NCBI GenBank assembly: GCA_025786725.1
Contig: JAHLTZ010000025.1
Coordinates: 1 to 64,000 of the forward strand
Origin: Syncephalis fuscata S228
Lineage: Eukaryota > Fungi > Zoopagomycota
Direction of reading: 5' to 3'
DNA: 64,000 nt
The first letter of the stretch is position 1, and each line of letters opens with the position of its first letter. The position numbers were made by a program, and so were the translations under genes. The notes beneath the pieces are model-generated. The model made no database searches and had not been told where the DNA came from. It worked only from the letters and a program-made list of their open reading frames with translations. Below are positions 12,609 to 27,146 of the stretch, piece by piece.

Positions 12609-14645
12609 ATGGCATCCTTTCGTCCACTTTGTCTATACGAGCCAAGTTCACCATTGAACATTGATTATGAAACTGATTTTGATAATGAAGGCGGCAATTT
12701 AGCTACGACGCAAACCTGCCTTCAATTAGAAGAAGAGAAGCCACACAATAATCAGTGTAGCAAAGAACAACCAGAACTAATAATAGAGCAATGCGACAAT
12801 GACCAACAGGCCGAGTCTAACTGGTTAATAGCACAAAAACGGCTTTATCCTTTTAAAACAGTACTGCGTAATAATAATATCATTGATAATAATGATAGCA
12901 GTAGCAGTAGCAATAACAGCAACAATAGCAATAATATAATAATTACAACAAAGCATACAACAGCACTCGATACGTGTAAAGACGTAACAGCATTTAAATC
13001 AAATAATCTAGTTCAAAATGAAACACCAAATGAACCTAGCAGTAAAAAAACACGCGGTAATAGATATAGCGAACAAATAGACAGCACTTGTAGCTTGCTA
13101 TATAATGCTGACCACGAAGCAATTAATACCTCACTGGAATTGAGTAATTTATCTAAGCAAGAGCAACAACAACAACAACAACAGGATGCAAATGACGACG
13201 AAACAATGGAATTCAATACCATTTTCAAAGATTATGAAATGCCGCATGACGATGATGAAGTATTCGGCTTTGGTCTATTCAAAGATGAATGTATTACCGA
13301 AGAAGATTTGGTAAGTATAATAACACTATATCGATATTGGCTCACTTGTTGCATAGCAACAATCGATGAAGAAACTTGGTGAAGAAGCAGCAAAATCACA
13401 ACAAGAACAAGCCTTGGAAGCAGCAGTTTATATAAGACAAGCATGTCAAATAGAGTCTAAATGTGACAAAATACAGATAGCTACTACTACTACTGATATA
13501 ATTTGTAAAAACAATCCCATTTTACTATGTCACAATTCAGTAAGTAGCTAAATAAAAGTAATTAGTATTATTAATGTCATTATTATTACTAGCTTATTAT
13601 CGGATCTGGTCAATTGGTTATTAGAGAAAATGGTGTCATTTGGCATGGTCGAATGTTATCTACTACAGATGACACCGATGACACAGTGGATCAGTCATCT
13701 ACACAGCATAGATCACTACTAAATAATATGGGCCATAACACCAATACCATATTACTATTTCTTTATTCAAGACTTTCAGATATACGTGCAAAATATGTAC
13801 CAGATAACAGACCTTTATTACTTGCCACTTATGATGATGCTACATTTGTTCAATTTGCCTTTCCCAATGGTATTTCATGGATAGTCAACTAGAAAGTACA
13901 CTTAACTAATACGTAGTAATAGATGAAACCTCTAATAATCAATGTAAGACAGCTAGTAGTACCGTATCTATAATACTTGAAGAAATACAGGCTCGGCTAA
14001 AATGCGCCCTTCAGCAACAAAATAATACTTTTAATAATAAGGTATTGGAGCATCAACATACTGCAAATCAAACGTCACTAGTACAATCTAATACTGCTGT
14101 AAATATACCATCTATGATGGGCGGGCCATGGATATCGCTTATGGCTGCGGCAAATAGTATTGAAAAAGAGCTTGAATCACAACTAGAATCACATCTTACG
14201 TATGTAAATTGAATGATATCCATACACCAACAATACTAATAAATTTATGATAGACAAGAGATTGAACAGGCCATTAAGACACGAGATGATGCTATTCAGC
14301 ATGCCCACCAAGCCTATCTAGACGCATTAACAGATCTTAAGCAGCGATCTAAGAAGATATCAACTACCGCAATAGCATTAAAGGTGAATGCACAGAATAA
14401 AAGTGCAACACTGGCTGAGTGTCAGCTTTGCTATGCCAACCACGATACACATGGTAAGTGAATTAACAACATATTATTCGCTCATTATAACGCTTTTTGT
14501 ATTAGTAATTCAGCCTTGTCATCATCGATTATGTGGCAGTTGTGCACGCCGATTACAAGCATCTAGCAAATATTGTCCATGGGATCGTGATGAATACACG
14601 CATATTCATCCATTACTGATGGCCAATAATAGCACATTAACATAA
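12609..14645 (+). CDS. Multi-exon protein with low-complexity N-terminus and C-terminal RING finger (putative E3 ligase)
   Basis: Spliced exons with GT-AG introns. C-terminal CQLC..IQPCHHRLCGSCARRLQASSKYCPWDR. Confidence 0.75.
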
Positions 14646-14780
14646 CCAAATAAACTCAATCATTTTATAGCATTCTCTTTACTACGTCAATAAAATAGGT
14701 TTAATCTAAAGAACTCAGCTCGTCTGCTCTCTTCTCTTCTCATTGCAGGGTTGATGTAGGCACACGTCAGTGCAATTGAT

Positions 14781-15446
14781 CTATTTATTTCTATTGGCTT
14801 CAATACAAGTATTATACCAAAGATTTTCCCACTCTTCGTCGCTATGTGTACGGCCCTCGTCACTTAGACCGGCTTTAATGCAAATCGAGCCGCTAACCTG
14901 CTCCTCTTTGCTGCTGTACACGTTATACCATACAGGCTGGTTGCGTGGATCATTAATGTCCAGCGGGTGTCCTTCATCGTGGGATGGCGTGGGACAATTG
15001 CGGGTAAATAAGTGCTGGAGCGGAATGGTAATTTCGCCCATATAGTCACGGCCAATAGTATCTTTATCCCAGATAGTGACGTTAATGGCGGGTGTCATAC
15101 GGCCTGGTTTAATAGGCAATCTATTAAATAGTAGCGATCAATATCAGTATACAATAGTGCCTATACAGCTATTATTCTAGTATTCTGTTACACGTACTCA
15201 AATACTTCATTCCAGACAGGATCAAGGGTCTTTTTAATTGTTTTAGACTGATGTTTAGAACTCCAAATCGAATAACGACATACTATTGTTTAACAAGTAG
15301 GAAACAGGAGGTAGTAGGGGGTTAGTCGAGGCTTGTTGCAATGAAGCTGTTCTATGTCGCGTGCTACTTACTGGGTCAGATAGGCCGTTGGAATCTTTAG
15401 GTGCAAGGTTAGTTGCATTCATCAAGTGAATATGAATTGAAACCAT
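14781..15446 (-). CDS. Small C2-domain (Ca2+/phospholipid-binding) protein, 3 exons
   Basis: ATNLAPKDSNGLSDP/YVV..KTIKKTLDPVWNEVFE and VTIWDKDTIGRDYMGEITIPL, the canonical C2 aspartate loops. Confidence 0.88.
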
Positions 15447-15930
15447 ATTGAATTCTGTCAAAGAAAACAGGAAATGCAGCTAAAATGCGTATACTCAATA
15501 GCAGCAATTGCTTGTATTGTAGTAGGAGTAGAAAGAAGTAGAAAGAAGTAGAAAGAGAGCGTGTCACAGTGAGTGGTGGATATTCTATAGTTGGATCTAT
15601 CTTTTTAAATAGCGTTTATGAGATAAACAGGTTATTGAGAACGCGCAAACGCTCTAAGTAATAACCACCAAGGGGTAGACTTCAGAAGGGTAATTGGCAA
15701 GTTTAAAGCACTGCTACAAGGAAAAGAACTTTCCACCTTGGACGTTTATCGTTTAAATGTAGAGAATAGGTGTGAATATAGTTGTTAATAGGACATGTTT
15801 AAAGCTAAATAAGCAATGCCACATTGATTGTAGAATATTAATGCATTAGTTAATAAATATTGCAACAGATAATTATACTGTCGTTTTTTTGTTTTTTCTC
15901 CTTGTAAAGCATTCAATTGTTTCAATCCAT

Positions 15931-17863
15931 ATGTCTCGTCAAGAGCAACAGCAGCAGCATACTCAGGTGGATGCGGCCAGCTTGGCATTCTACCAAGAGA
16001 AATTGAACAAGTCTTTGATAGAAGCACAGTCTAGTGTGCAGCAATGGCGTGAACACCATAATGAATATCAACAGTTACGTGATGGTTTACAAAAGCTGCC
16101 AGAAGAAACAGCACACCAAGTAATGGTAAGTATATTGGTAGCAGTATTGTTGGTATTGTATTAATGGACTAAGCCGAATCTAAAATAATTCTAACGATAA
16201 ACTGGCGCCTGTATAGGTACCTGTTGGTCCATTAGCGTTCTTTCCAGGCAAAATAGTTAAAACCAATGAGCTTTTAGTTTTACTAGGAGAAAACTGGTTT
16301 ATAGAGCGGTCAGCCGCACAGGCTGTCGAGATTGTAGACCGTCGCTTAGAGAGTAAGTTGATTTATATAAATATATATTAGTACTCTTTAAAACTAATTA
16401 CGAAGTAGCTGTTCAGCAACAACTTGAAACGGCAGAAAAGCGATCCAAAGATATAGAAACTCGCATTAAACTCTCTGGTGGACTGGGCGATCTAACAGGC
16501 TATCCAATTAATGAAGATGGTCAACAAGTAGTTGAGATTCGCGAAGAGTATCATTCTGACGATGAAGACAAATTTGCAACAACATCAACATCAAAGACAT
16601 CAACAGGTAAATAATTATAATACTGATAGTACCATAAATATTAATAAGACCAATTTTAATACAAATATCAATTACTCTAATAACAATACTATTACAATAA
16701 TCACATTGACGCATTTATTTGTATTATACTAACACTTATAAACCATAGAAAAACCATCCATAAAGACTAAAGCCGAACAAGATGAAGATGAACGATTCTT
16801 TACTTATCTTCGTCAATTAGAAGAAGAGTTGAAGGAACAGGAAGAGGAGGAGGAGGAGGAGGAAGAGGAAGAAGAAGCAAGTAAAATGAACGAATCAACT
16901 TTTAAAGCACCATTAAATGTCGGTGAAAAGCCAATACAACCATTAATTATAGAGTTACCGGATGATGATCATATTAATAGCCATGTTAATAACAATAGCA
17001 TAGCCACAGTATCCCCAGTGTTGACATCTAATACATCAACACCTTCTAGTGCTGTATCTATTCCTTCAACAGCATCTAACAAAAAACATGTGCATTTTGC
17101 ACCAGGAACCGTATCACCAGAACACCGACCACCTACACCATTAAAAACACCTATTATTCTACCAACAGCGTCAAATTATAAATCATTTGGACTTAATAGC
17201 CCATTAAAGAAGTCATTAGAAGTGAACACTAGTAATAGTAATGGAACTGTTGTTCATAGTTCATCCATTAATACTTCTACTACAGCAACAAACAAGCCAT
17301 CTATTGTAGCACATCAAGTACAAGAACGTCCCATGACGACCGTCAATCCTGAAGAAGAAGAGGATAAACTGCACTTCCGAGAGGTACATATGATTTAAAT
17401 CTAGTGTGTGTGTGTGTGTGTGGTCTATTAGCAGAACTGGTCAATTAAATAACCGTCACTAAACCACATGACTATTTCTCTTTTTAGATCCAATCAGAAT
17501 ATCATCGACGTCGACATCAAATGATTGCCGCTTCACGGTCACCACTTGACGATACAACAGACATCAATAACAATAATCATGACAATGATGCTATTACTAC
17601 AACGATAACAGCATTATCTAACCAGGTAAGGGGCGGTATCAATATTATTTTACATCTATTACTAACACTATTAACTATTGATACTGCTATTTGTTATGCT
17701 AACTCTTATTAATACACAGTCAAGTGAACCAGGCTCATCCCTAACGCAACAGGAACAATCATTACCACAACAGGAGCAAGCGAAGGAACAGGAACAGGGA
17801 CAGGAACAGCTACCACCAAAACGGATTTCTAGATTCAAGGCGTCAAGACTGGGCAGGCCTTGA
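15931..17863 (+). CDS. BUD27: Unconventional prefoldin RPB5 interactor (URI/Bud27), multi-exon
   Basis: Alpha-prefoldin domain VMVPVGPLAFFPGKIVKTNELLVLLGENWFIERSAAQAVEIVDRR, acidic tract, C-terminal URI box KRISRFKASR. Confidence 0.9.
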
Positions 17864-20175
17864 AAGAAATAATAAACGATAAATATTAACAGTGCTACTG
17901 AAGTCCTGTCGTTTTTTAAACTTTTTACTGTAAACGTGAACCATTGCCGAATAAACCGGTATTTTATGGCCATCGGAACACATGTTGTTACAGCGTAATA
18001 AGCCAGGCAACTGCTGACAACAAACCAATAAACTATATTGCACATGGCATTGTATACGTCATTGACTTTCCTAGACAGAAATGCACTGTAAAGCGTACTC
18101 TTTATTATTTTTAAACAAGGCTGCCATCTAGTGCGTGTGCCATTTCGGTTACAAGCAAGTATTGATTGCTAATTGGCATACGATGATGTATCGCCACTTC
18201 TGTACATCATGTTTTACATGTACTGCTTAATTCGGTAGTTGAGATGACACATGCACTACACTACAGTACAGGCAGGATTCAAGGTATTCGGTGTATGCTA
18301 TGCAGTAATAGATAGCTAGAAAGGTAGATAGATAGATGGATTGTTGGTTAGAGGGAAGGAAGTACATAGAGAGTGGAGAAAAGGAGGGCTGCAAGTAGTA
18401 ACAGCACGTGGAGCTCAGGATGCTGAATGTACTATGCTGTACAATGGTCAAATCAAAGAATAGCATGTAGAGCATGCCAAATTAAAACGACAAGACAGTA
18501 TTATGCAAATCAATCACCAATAAACTGTTTATAAACGAGATTGGTGCATGCATTATGCTTAACCAATTACTAATGTATAGAGAATGCACAGTATATGTGT
18601 GTAGATGTGTAGATGTGTATGTATATGTAGTGTACACATGGCCATATGTGCTATTGTAGATGAGTGAATGTTGTGTACACACACACACGCACTACATCTA
18701 CACATCTACACATTTACACAGTCTATTGACTCTGACAGGCAATGTCTGTGTGTCAGAGGCTAGGCCTAATGGTTATGCATATAGAAATAATTTGTGTTTA
18801 ATCAGTAAAAATATAATGCAAATGTGCTAGTGTTTCAAACGCAAAGATGGTTATAGAAGAAAAAGGACTATGTGGTGCGTAAGCGGCCTATCATACGGCC
18901 CTTTTTTTCAGCAGATGTGCCAATATTGCTTGTTTGTTTCAGAATGAAGCAGAATAGAACATTGTTTTATTGTCAATTGACTTTGCAGCAGTAACAAAAC
19001 AACAACGATGAAGCTAGACTATTTCCTTCCTACCTATTGTATATCCCTCTTTTTTCTGGGTAGATGCGTGGCTCAATGAGCGAATGAATGGATATTGGTG
19101 GTGCCTAGCTTGTAATACTACCGGTTACCTGCCGCTGCTGCTGCTGCTATAGTTACAGCTACAGCTGCCATAGCGCCGACTATGACATTACAGACTTTTT
19201 GGTTATCACACACCCGTGGCTATTATTTGATGGTGGTGAATAATAAAGCAAAACAAACTGGAATAATCAATGGTCAGCTGGTTAGTGTTGTCTAATTGGT
19301 TAATAGACTACTTCATTGCATATTGTCTATATACGTGTCTATGTGTATGCGTAAATAGCATTGTGATGATGCTGATGACGACGACGATGATGTATATCAT
19401 TCAAGGAAGGCGTCATCCTTGTCCTAATGATCGTCACTGCTCATATCATATCCTTTATACTATACTTAATCAATCAATCAATCAATCACATTATACACCC
19501 ACTTAATCACACCCATTTATTCTATGTAACAGTATGAATGCCACTTTCTGTTTAATCATTGCCTCTATGCTGTATGAATGGGGCTAAACAGGTTATCCCC
19601 AAGTACTTGATGCAGTCTCCTCACATGTAGTATTGTACTCCCTAATAAAGGATTGGTTGCAGCAAATCATAGGCAACACGAGAACGGGCGCCATTGGAAG
19701 TCTGGCAATTCTCCGCCTTCCATTGAGCAGCTACGGCCAATAGCTACTGAACAACGTGTTCATACGTGCATGTTTGGAAGGCAGGTTCTAGTGTACAACG
19801 ATAACGGCGTGTCCTCGCCTCTTCTCTATTACACTCACCACTCACCACTCACTCACTCACTCATTGACGCCACTCCCTTCTTTGTCCCTTCTGCTCACTC
19901 GTTTTGTGTCATTGTCTATAGAGGCTGCGTTCTTCCTTCTATAGCCGCCACCACTCTGCCTCCCTCATCATCCTCTAGGAGCAACACCGACCTTTTTCGG
20001 TATTCGACACGCCTTTGCTGACCCCTCACGCCAATTTACACTATTTAAACGTCACTTAACGCCGTCCTCCGCCATGTTCGATACAATCATCAACACTAAG
20101 ATTTTCTTATTAGCTCTACTATCCGCTCTACTTAGTATTACACCCAGTCCCTACGTCAGATAAATTATATTCAAT

Positions 20176-20604
20176 ATGCGTGCCTCCACCGCCTTCGCTA
20201 TTCTTGCTTTCGCCGCTGTCGTCTCAGCTCAGTCCAGCGCCCCAGCTGCCAGTACTACTCCAGCTGCTGGCGCCAACCCAGCTGCCGGTGGCTCATCCAG
20301 CGGTGCTGACAAGGCTACCACTGGCACTGACAAGGCTGCCACTGGCACCGATAAGGCTGCCTCTGGCACCGACAAACCTGCCTCTGGCACTGACAAGGCT
20401 ACCTCTGGCACTGACAAGGCTGCCTCTGGCACTGACAAGGCTGCCTCTGGCTCTGACAAGTCTACCAGCACTGGTACTACTGACAAGTCTGCCACTAGCA
20501 CCGACAAGAAGGACAACGCCGCTGGTGCCGTTGTTGTCGACCGTTTCACTGGTCTCCTTGCCGGTTCTGCTGTCGCTTTGACCGCTGCTTACCGTCTCCT
20601 CTAA
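20176..20604 (+). CDS. Small secreted GPI-type surface protein with 7-aa TDKAASG repeats
   Basis: Signal peptide MRASTAFAILAFAAVVSA, 21-bp tandem repeats, DNAAG omega region, hydrophobic tail, strong C/T-ending codon bias. Confidence 0.9.
   Translation: MRASTAFAILAFAAVVSAQSSAPAASTTPAAGANPAAGGSSSGADKATTGTDKAATGTDKAASGTDKPASGTDKATSGTDKAASGTDKAASGSDKSTSTGTTDKSATSTDKKDNAAGAVVVDRFTGLLAGSAVALTAAYRLL
20302..20508 (+). repeat. Coding tandem repeat, ~21-bp unit (GGCACTGACAAGGCTGCCTCT), about 10 copies
   Basis: Directly visible; encodes (G-T-D-K-A-A/T-S/T)n. Confidence 0.9.
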
Positions 20605-20884
20605 ACAACTAATTAGATTTAGTTTAGAGTAACAATGTAGTTTGCTTCATTAAAGAAGTTATTTCAAAGCAAAATAGCGTGCATATATAGTGTTAAACAG
20701 TGTTTTATTTTACGCACCAGATGGTGCTTAATTATAGCATCATCTGGCATTAACGAGTATTTGTATTTAAAAGCCTTTTATTAGAAAATAGTTATCTATC
20801 TGTATAAACAAGTAAAAGTAGATAGAAAGAGGAAGGTGGTGTATATGACATGGCGGACCACGCAGAATCCACAGATGCTATCGT

Positions 20885-23345
20885 CTACGTGGCAGTGGCA
20901 GTGGCAGTGCCAAGTAGCCGTTCCTCTTCGCCGTCTGACGTCGGTTCGGATCGACATCCGTAAATATTGTCTCGTACAACTTGGTACAATATACCGAGAC
21001 AAAAGACGGCTAAAAAGACCCATTCGGCATTAAAAAATAGCAGGCCCATCGTAGGAAGACCGACAACGATACGATAAATGAAGGTGGATAATACGGTAGG
21101 CGTACAGATATCTAGAGTAGTACGCGCATCCATTGAACGTCTAGTCAGTAACGATGTATATGCTCTCGTTAGACTTACCAACCGGTCCTTCAACGCTACA
21201 TGGAATGATGAGCTGCGGATACAAGGAGCAATCTCGCACGCCATTGACCAAGGTATGATTGCACTACGAGAAGGAAGGAAGGAAGGAAGGAAAGGAGACG
21301 ATATACGCATGGCATGTTAGTTCAAAAGGAGATAGGGCGCAGCAGTAACAGTAGCAAAGGACATATAGAACAGATCAGTGGCCTATCGCTGCATTATCAA
21401 ATGACACTTACATAACGTTGACTGCCAAATTGCGCATATTGAGGTGCAACAACGGTAGTCATGGTATAGTTTAATGCTAATAACGACACCATCAGTAAAA
21501 TGGCCGATAGCAGCAAGCCTTGCGGTGCCGTGCGATGTGCCTTTATCCGGTAAAGAAACACCCAGAAGAATCGTACACCTGCTTGAACTAAACCTGTCGT
21601 TGTGGCAGCGAAAAAGTACAGTACCAAAAGTACAATGAATAGATAATCAGCCGGAAAATGCTATTATTAAATAGCACATTACAATTATTGATGAGCAATT
21701 CATGTGATGTTAAGCGTCATACGCCAGATACATACTTGGCTTAAATAAAGCAGCGTGACATTAACCGGATTGAACCATTCGGGATGACTGATAATATAGC
21801 CACATTCTTTGCCACAGATCGAGTTTTTGACTTTGTCGATACTATAAACAACAGCCATTAGTATTAGCCATAGAATATTGTTACTGTAATCCAGATTACT
21901 ATTAGAACAACAGCAACTTACCATGAAAATAGAATAGAAGTGACTAGACCAATGGTCATGATTAAGCAAAATCCACCTAATAAACACTATTGGTGATATA
22001 TTAGACGAGCAATTAACTAAAGTCTATTTGCTTACCTCAAAGCATCGTACCAATCGGCTGTAAAGTGTATTATTACGTCCATTATCATTTGTAAATGTTT
22101 GTCGGCGTGCCAACTGACTAATAATGGTAGTTGCAGTAACAGTAGTAAAATGTTAATAAAATGTTAATAATTTGCAATTGATATTACATTTCCAACTGTT
22201 CCAAGTCCATCAACATTTTTCTGTCACTCGCTGACATAACACGGGTGGCATTTTCATATTTCCTTTGAATAGCACGGCGTTTGTAGCGTACACGGTCAAT
22301 GGATGCATCGATCTCGGCACTGGTCTGGTGGCGTACGTAACTTCCTCTTAATAGCCGGATTGGCAATACAGATAGTCCATAGGCCTAATAAACAGCGATT
22401 AATTTGTATCTCATTTATTGTAGTTCACACTTACTGTATAACTAACAAATACAGCCATGCCCATAAGTATCAGCGTAGCTACTACAAATATGATTGCTTT
22501 AACACCACCTATGAATAGAATATTCATTGCAATATATCAAATGATTAATTGCTTGTTTCAATGTAGGCTACTCACGCCTATCTCTATTCTATTTAGAACA
22601 ACTTGTCTAGTTGGGGCTTACCATTAGCCAGTAATAGTCGTTTAAACCATTCAAAATTCATATGAGGATTTTCGCCATTTAACTTGGGTCTTAGCGCCAT
22701 ACCGCTCACCAACAGTATTAGTGCAATACATACAGTAAACGTTGTATACTTGGCCGCGCTCACCGCTCTCTATCAATAACATGATATTGATTAGTATTTA
22801 TTATGATGTTATATCGCTATATATCTATATATAGAAAGGAGAATGACTAGATAGTAACTTACTCTTTCTGTTGGTTCGTCATGGTCAAGTTCTTCAAAGT
22901 AGAAATACGCAAATGGAATCACTACAAAGCATAAAAGAACAATCCCAGCAAAGCAGACTATGTATAGTTGTATGTTAGTGCTGCATTAATGTATATATAG
23001 ATATACGTATGTATATATATATATCTATCTATAAAGTTTCTTTAAAAGTCACTTGCCGTAGTAAATGATAGAAAGGGTCGTTAAAAAGTCGTCTATATGA
23101 TCTGGCGTAGCCCAAGAGCGCTTTAATCCCGTCCCTTGGTCAACCGTCGACGATACAAGAAAGATATCGAGCGGTGCAAGTGCCAGTACACATAGACAGA
23201 ACGTTAGCCCCACAACCGTAACAGTAGTTACTAAGGATTCCGACTCGGCTGGATCTTGGTAGTAGCAAGTAAATGCCCAACTTAGCAGTGCAAGAACAAA
23301 TACTACCCCCGTAATAACCAGCCAGATAAGTGCTGCGTACTCCAT
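20885..23345 (-). CDS. LMBR1-family membrane protein (LMBD1-like probable lysosomal cobalamin exporter), multi-exon
   Basis: LAPLDIFLVSSTVD, FVVIPFAYFYFEE, YTAYGLSVLPIRLL, DKVKNSICGKECGY, GVRFFWVFLYRIK..TAPQGLL, APQYAQFGSQRY. Confidence 0.88.
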
Positions 23346-23897
23346 AGTGCTGCAACGTGTGACAAATACAAGCAGTCAAAACGCGAATAGGTTCAATAGG
23401 TAAAAAAAGTCAATAGTAATAGAGCAGAAGGGTTGAATAATGAGTATGCGATGGAATTGATATAAAGAAGTCAGGTCACATTGCCGAGTCATTGATCAAA
23501 ATAAACACTATGTTGTCGTCATGGCTGTTCCACCTGACCATGGATATCACACGATAATCATCCGAGCATTACCTGTAATGGCTAGCTGATTAGTTGAGTA
23601 GCGAGATAATCATAACAATGAGTCGTTGTATAAGCATTGATTAATTGACTAAAGCTATTTGATATAAAATATGTGTACTACTGAGTCATATTATTAGTAT
23701 TTATTGTAATGTTACATACAATCCACGTCATGTAATTGAATTTAAAAGCGCCAATTTTATTATTTTTGTTGTTTATTTTCAACCTTATAGCTTTCTTGCC
23801 ACTGTTTATCGCGTTGTTATCTACGCATTGCTATCTAGCATTTTAGCGATACAAGCGTATCAAGTGTCTCTTCTATCCTGCACCCTTCTACTACAAC

Positions 23898-25275
23898 ATG
23901 AGTACCCGGCGAAGTGCCCGTCTGGCCGATAAGACGGCCACACAACAAGTGCCACCGTATCCACTAGCACTACTGCCACTACTGCTGTTGCCACTACTAC
24001 TGCTGTTGCCAAAAGATCTGGGCGCGTTTCAAAAAAATCCACTAGTAATCGAGTTACTAAAGTAAAGACTGCCACTAAAAAGACTGCCACAAAGAAACCA
24101 CGAGTAGTCAAGACTAAAAGAACACCAACTGAGCCGCCTGCAATTATGGAGTCAATAGCTTCTATGTCATATGTGTCTCCTTTGGCAACAGAGTTTCTTG
24201 TAGCGTCGTCGTCTAATGCCAATTCTACTAATGACTCTGCAGAGCCATCTATTACGCAAGAGGCTATTAACGATAAAACTCGTCGTTATCCTTATCTTTC
24301 TAGTCCAACACAGGTAAGTAATAATACACACCGTTTTGTTGCCATACTCTTTACTCACAATCGTGTATCACGCACTATTGCAGCACATAAAAGTTCGTAT
24401 CGAGCGAGCCAGAAAACAGCGTATGTTTTTAATGTCCCGCGAGGTACAAACAGACGTTGAACACAGCTATGCAGTATTGGGAAACTCGCAACGTGTAAGT
24501 TGTATGGCTTGTCTCGCTATGCAAACTAACTTGACATGTTTATAAGGTCTACAAAGTCACTATCAAAGAAGTTCCTACCTGCAACTGTCCAGACCATATA
24601 ATGCACCGGGATATGCATTGCAAGCACGTTGTAAGTGAACTATTTATTTTGTATCAACAAACCATTAATTGCTGATTTATAGTTGTTTGTACTCCTTAAA
24701 GTACTTCGTGTATCGCATGACAATCCATTGATATGGCAACGGGCGTTAATACCGTGTGAGCTACGTAGCATATTTGCTTTTGCTGCGCCCGACCCGTTAG
24801 TTATGGTAAGTAACTACTGTATAGCAATGGAACAGCCATTTAATACTTATAATGATAACTAGGCCACCGAGTCTATGCACCAGGAGTGGCAGAACGCAAC
24901 TGCACCCACCCAAGAACCGGGAGATAGCCTTCTATTCCCTACGGTCGATCGTCGTCCTATTGAAGGCGACTGTCCAGTCTGCTATGAAGAGTTTACAGAA
25001 GGAGATGAAAAGAATACAGTATGGTGCCAGTTGGTCTGCGGCAATAACATTCACACCGAATGTTTCAATCGCTGGAAGAGCACTCAAACTTATCGCGATG
25101 TAAGTAATAAGTTGTTTATAGGTGTTATCAATAGTAATAACAGTTATATTCTTATTAGGTTACCTGTGTTTACTGCCGTACACCTTGGATCTGTGGCATC
25201 ACTACAGGCAAATCAAAAGGCACATCTGGTGGATCATTCCGTAACACTTATGTACGCATCGAGACAACATTGTAA
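23898..25275 (+). CDS. SWIM zinc-finger plus RING-finger protein (ZSWIM2/MEKK1-type SWIM-RING module), multi-exon
   Basis: RIERARKQRMFLM, VLGNSQ, PTCNCPDH..HCKHV (SWIM). RING CPVCYEEF..WCQLVCGNNIHTECFNRW..VTCVYCR. Confidence 0.88.
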
Positions 25276-25669
25276 TTTGATATTTGCACCCGTAACAATA
25301 AATTTGATTGTTTTAGTTTGTATAATGTTTAAATATGTACTATTGATATGTTGTTTATTATGTGTCGTTAATGATACTAAGAATATAGTTGTTAAAATGT
25401 GCTGTAATATTATTTAGTAATAGAATATTCGATAGGTGTATCTAATAGCTTGATAAATAAACATTACTAATAAATTATTATGTAAATAAAGGCCTTTTAC
25501 TTTTAAAATGCCTTTTATTGCCTTATTACACATAAGCAGTAGTATATATGACTGTCGATTTAACAAATTACTAAATAAACATAAATAAAATTGTAAAACA
25601 TTTTCAAAAACTATTTATTGATTAGCATATACCAGAATTCAAAAGGCTAGCACAAATTGAGATTTGAGC

Positions 25670-26059
25670 TTAGAGAGCAACAAATCCTACTGCAACTGCC
25701 AATAGTGCAGCACCGCCCATAACTAGCCCATGTTGAGCACTAGTGCCTACTGTAGAGGCGGATGAGCCATTGTTGGTGCTGCTCTTGCTGTTATCGCTGT
25801 TGGTGTTGGTCGCAGCAGCGTTGTTTGACAAAGAGGTTATTGAAGCAAGGATGCTCGATGGAATCGTCGTGCCGCTAATGCCGCTTGTAATGATTGAGTT
25901 TATGTCTTTGCTGGCCGAGCTAAGAAGTGCATCGATATTTGAGGGAAGCGCTGTAGGAACAGATAATGGTGTTGTTGTTTGCTGAGGAGCTGGATCGGCC
26001 ATCGTGGCACCAGCAGCCATGACGGCCAACAAAGCTACACTGGATGTAAAGGCACGCAT
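25670..26059 (-). CDS. Small Ser/Thr-rich GPI-type surface protein
   Basis: Signal peptide MRAFTSSVALLAVMAAGATMA, S/T/N-rich body, SSA omega region, tail LVMGGAALLAVAVGFVAL. Confidence 0.85.
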   Translation of the reverse strand: MRAFTSSVALLAVMAAGATMADPAPQQTTTPLSVPTALPSNIDALLSSASKDINSIITSGISGTTIPSSILASITSLSNNAAATNTNSDNSKSSTNNGSSASTVGTSAQHGLVMGGAALLAVAVGFVAL

Positions 26060-26374
26060 ACTGTCAAGTATTGAATTAATTGGTGGTTGTTGCGAATAGG
26101 CAAAAAGTAGATGAGCTGTAGAAGAAGTAGTGAAAAAAAAAACACGAGTCGATTCTTGGCAATCGGTTTGGTTAAAAAAGGTAGCAAAGGCGTACACACA
26201 GGTTTAGTGGAAAATTGTAAAACAAGATGGGCTAATTTATACACTGGTCTGAAATGCAACCGGCAAATTTCTTATCTTTCCGGTTGAGAATGATCTTCAA
26301 TTGGTTATGCATGTGTGTCTTGGAGAAATGATACGCAAGACCCACACTGATTGTATGTGTCGGAGTTTTATTTA

Positions 26375-27146
26375 TCAAATAAAATATTGAATTGCTATTG
26401 GAATAAGTAATAGTAGCCATGACTCCGTGTGAAGTCCATGACTAATTGAGAATGCGCTCGAATCGGATGATGATGGTCTTGAGGGCGTATTTGTGGAAGT
26501 ACCGCCCAATTTAGTATCATCGATATTTGTGCTAGGCGCCGTGCTACCAGTAGTTGTTGGGGAAGAGGAAGGCGATGTTGACGACGATTCTGAATTAGGC
26601 TGCTTTGAAGTAGTCGGTGAAGCAGTTGACGAATCGGTCATAGAGTTGGATGGTACTTTTGATGCTGGTGTTGAGATGGATCCAGATGACGACGTTGACG
26701 TCGGTAATGACGGTGTTGGCGTAATAGGATTTGCAATATTACTATTTATTCCCGCTGACGATAGGCCGTTGTTGATCGATGGGAGAAACTTTGCTATCGC
26801 GCTCGGATCCGTATTGGTAAGCACAGATGGTGGGGGTGTTGTGTTGTCGGTAAATTTAGCGATGATAATGCCGATGCCGCTCCCGATCCTAGTTCAGGAA
26901 TATCGTTAAATTTAGGTGTAGGTGGTGTTGCCGCGCCAGAATTTGCTGGGCTGCTAAGTGGCGGTGGTGCCGCGCCAGAAATAAATGGGCTGCTTAGTGG
27001 AGAAACATGACATCAGGACCTGGTGTGGCGCCAGGACGAGATGCGCCAGGACGGGCCATAAACACTTGTGGGTTGTCTTGCGGTGCAGCCCATGCCAACG
27101 AAGACAGCAAGGCAACAGCGACCGTGATGACAGCAAGTTGATGCAT
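26375..27146 (-). CDS. Pro/Ser/Thr-rich GPI-type surface protein with two apparent 1-nt deletions (~27003, ~26842)
   Basis: Signal peptide MHQLAVITVAVALLSSLAWA. Restoring one base at each of two runs joins three frames into one P/S/T-rich ORF ending SWLLLLIPIAIQYFI. Confidence 0.75.

Noticed and set aside
18200-20050. Short ORFs in the intergenic region
   Set aside because: Low-complexity, microsatellite-derived translations with no domain or splice support.
20302-20508. CRISPR-like array
   Set aside because: Contiguous in-frame coding repeats with no unique spacers, in a eukaryotic gene.
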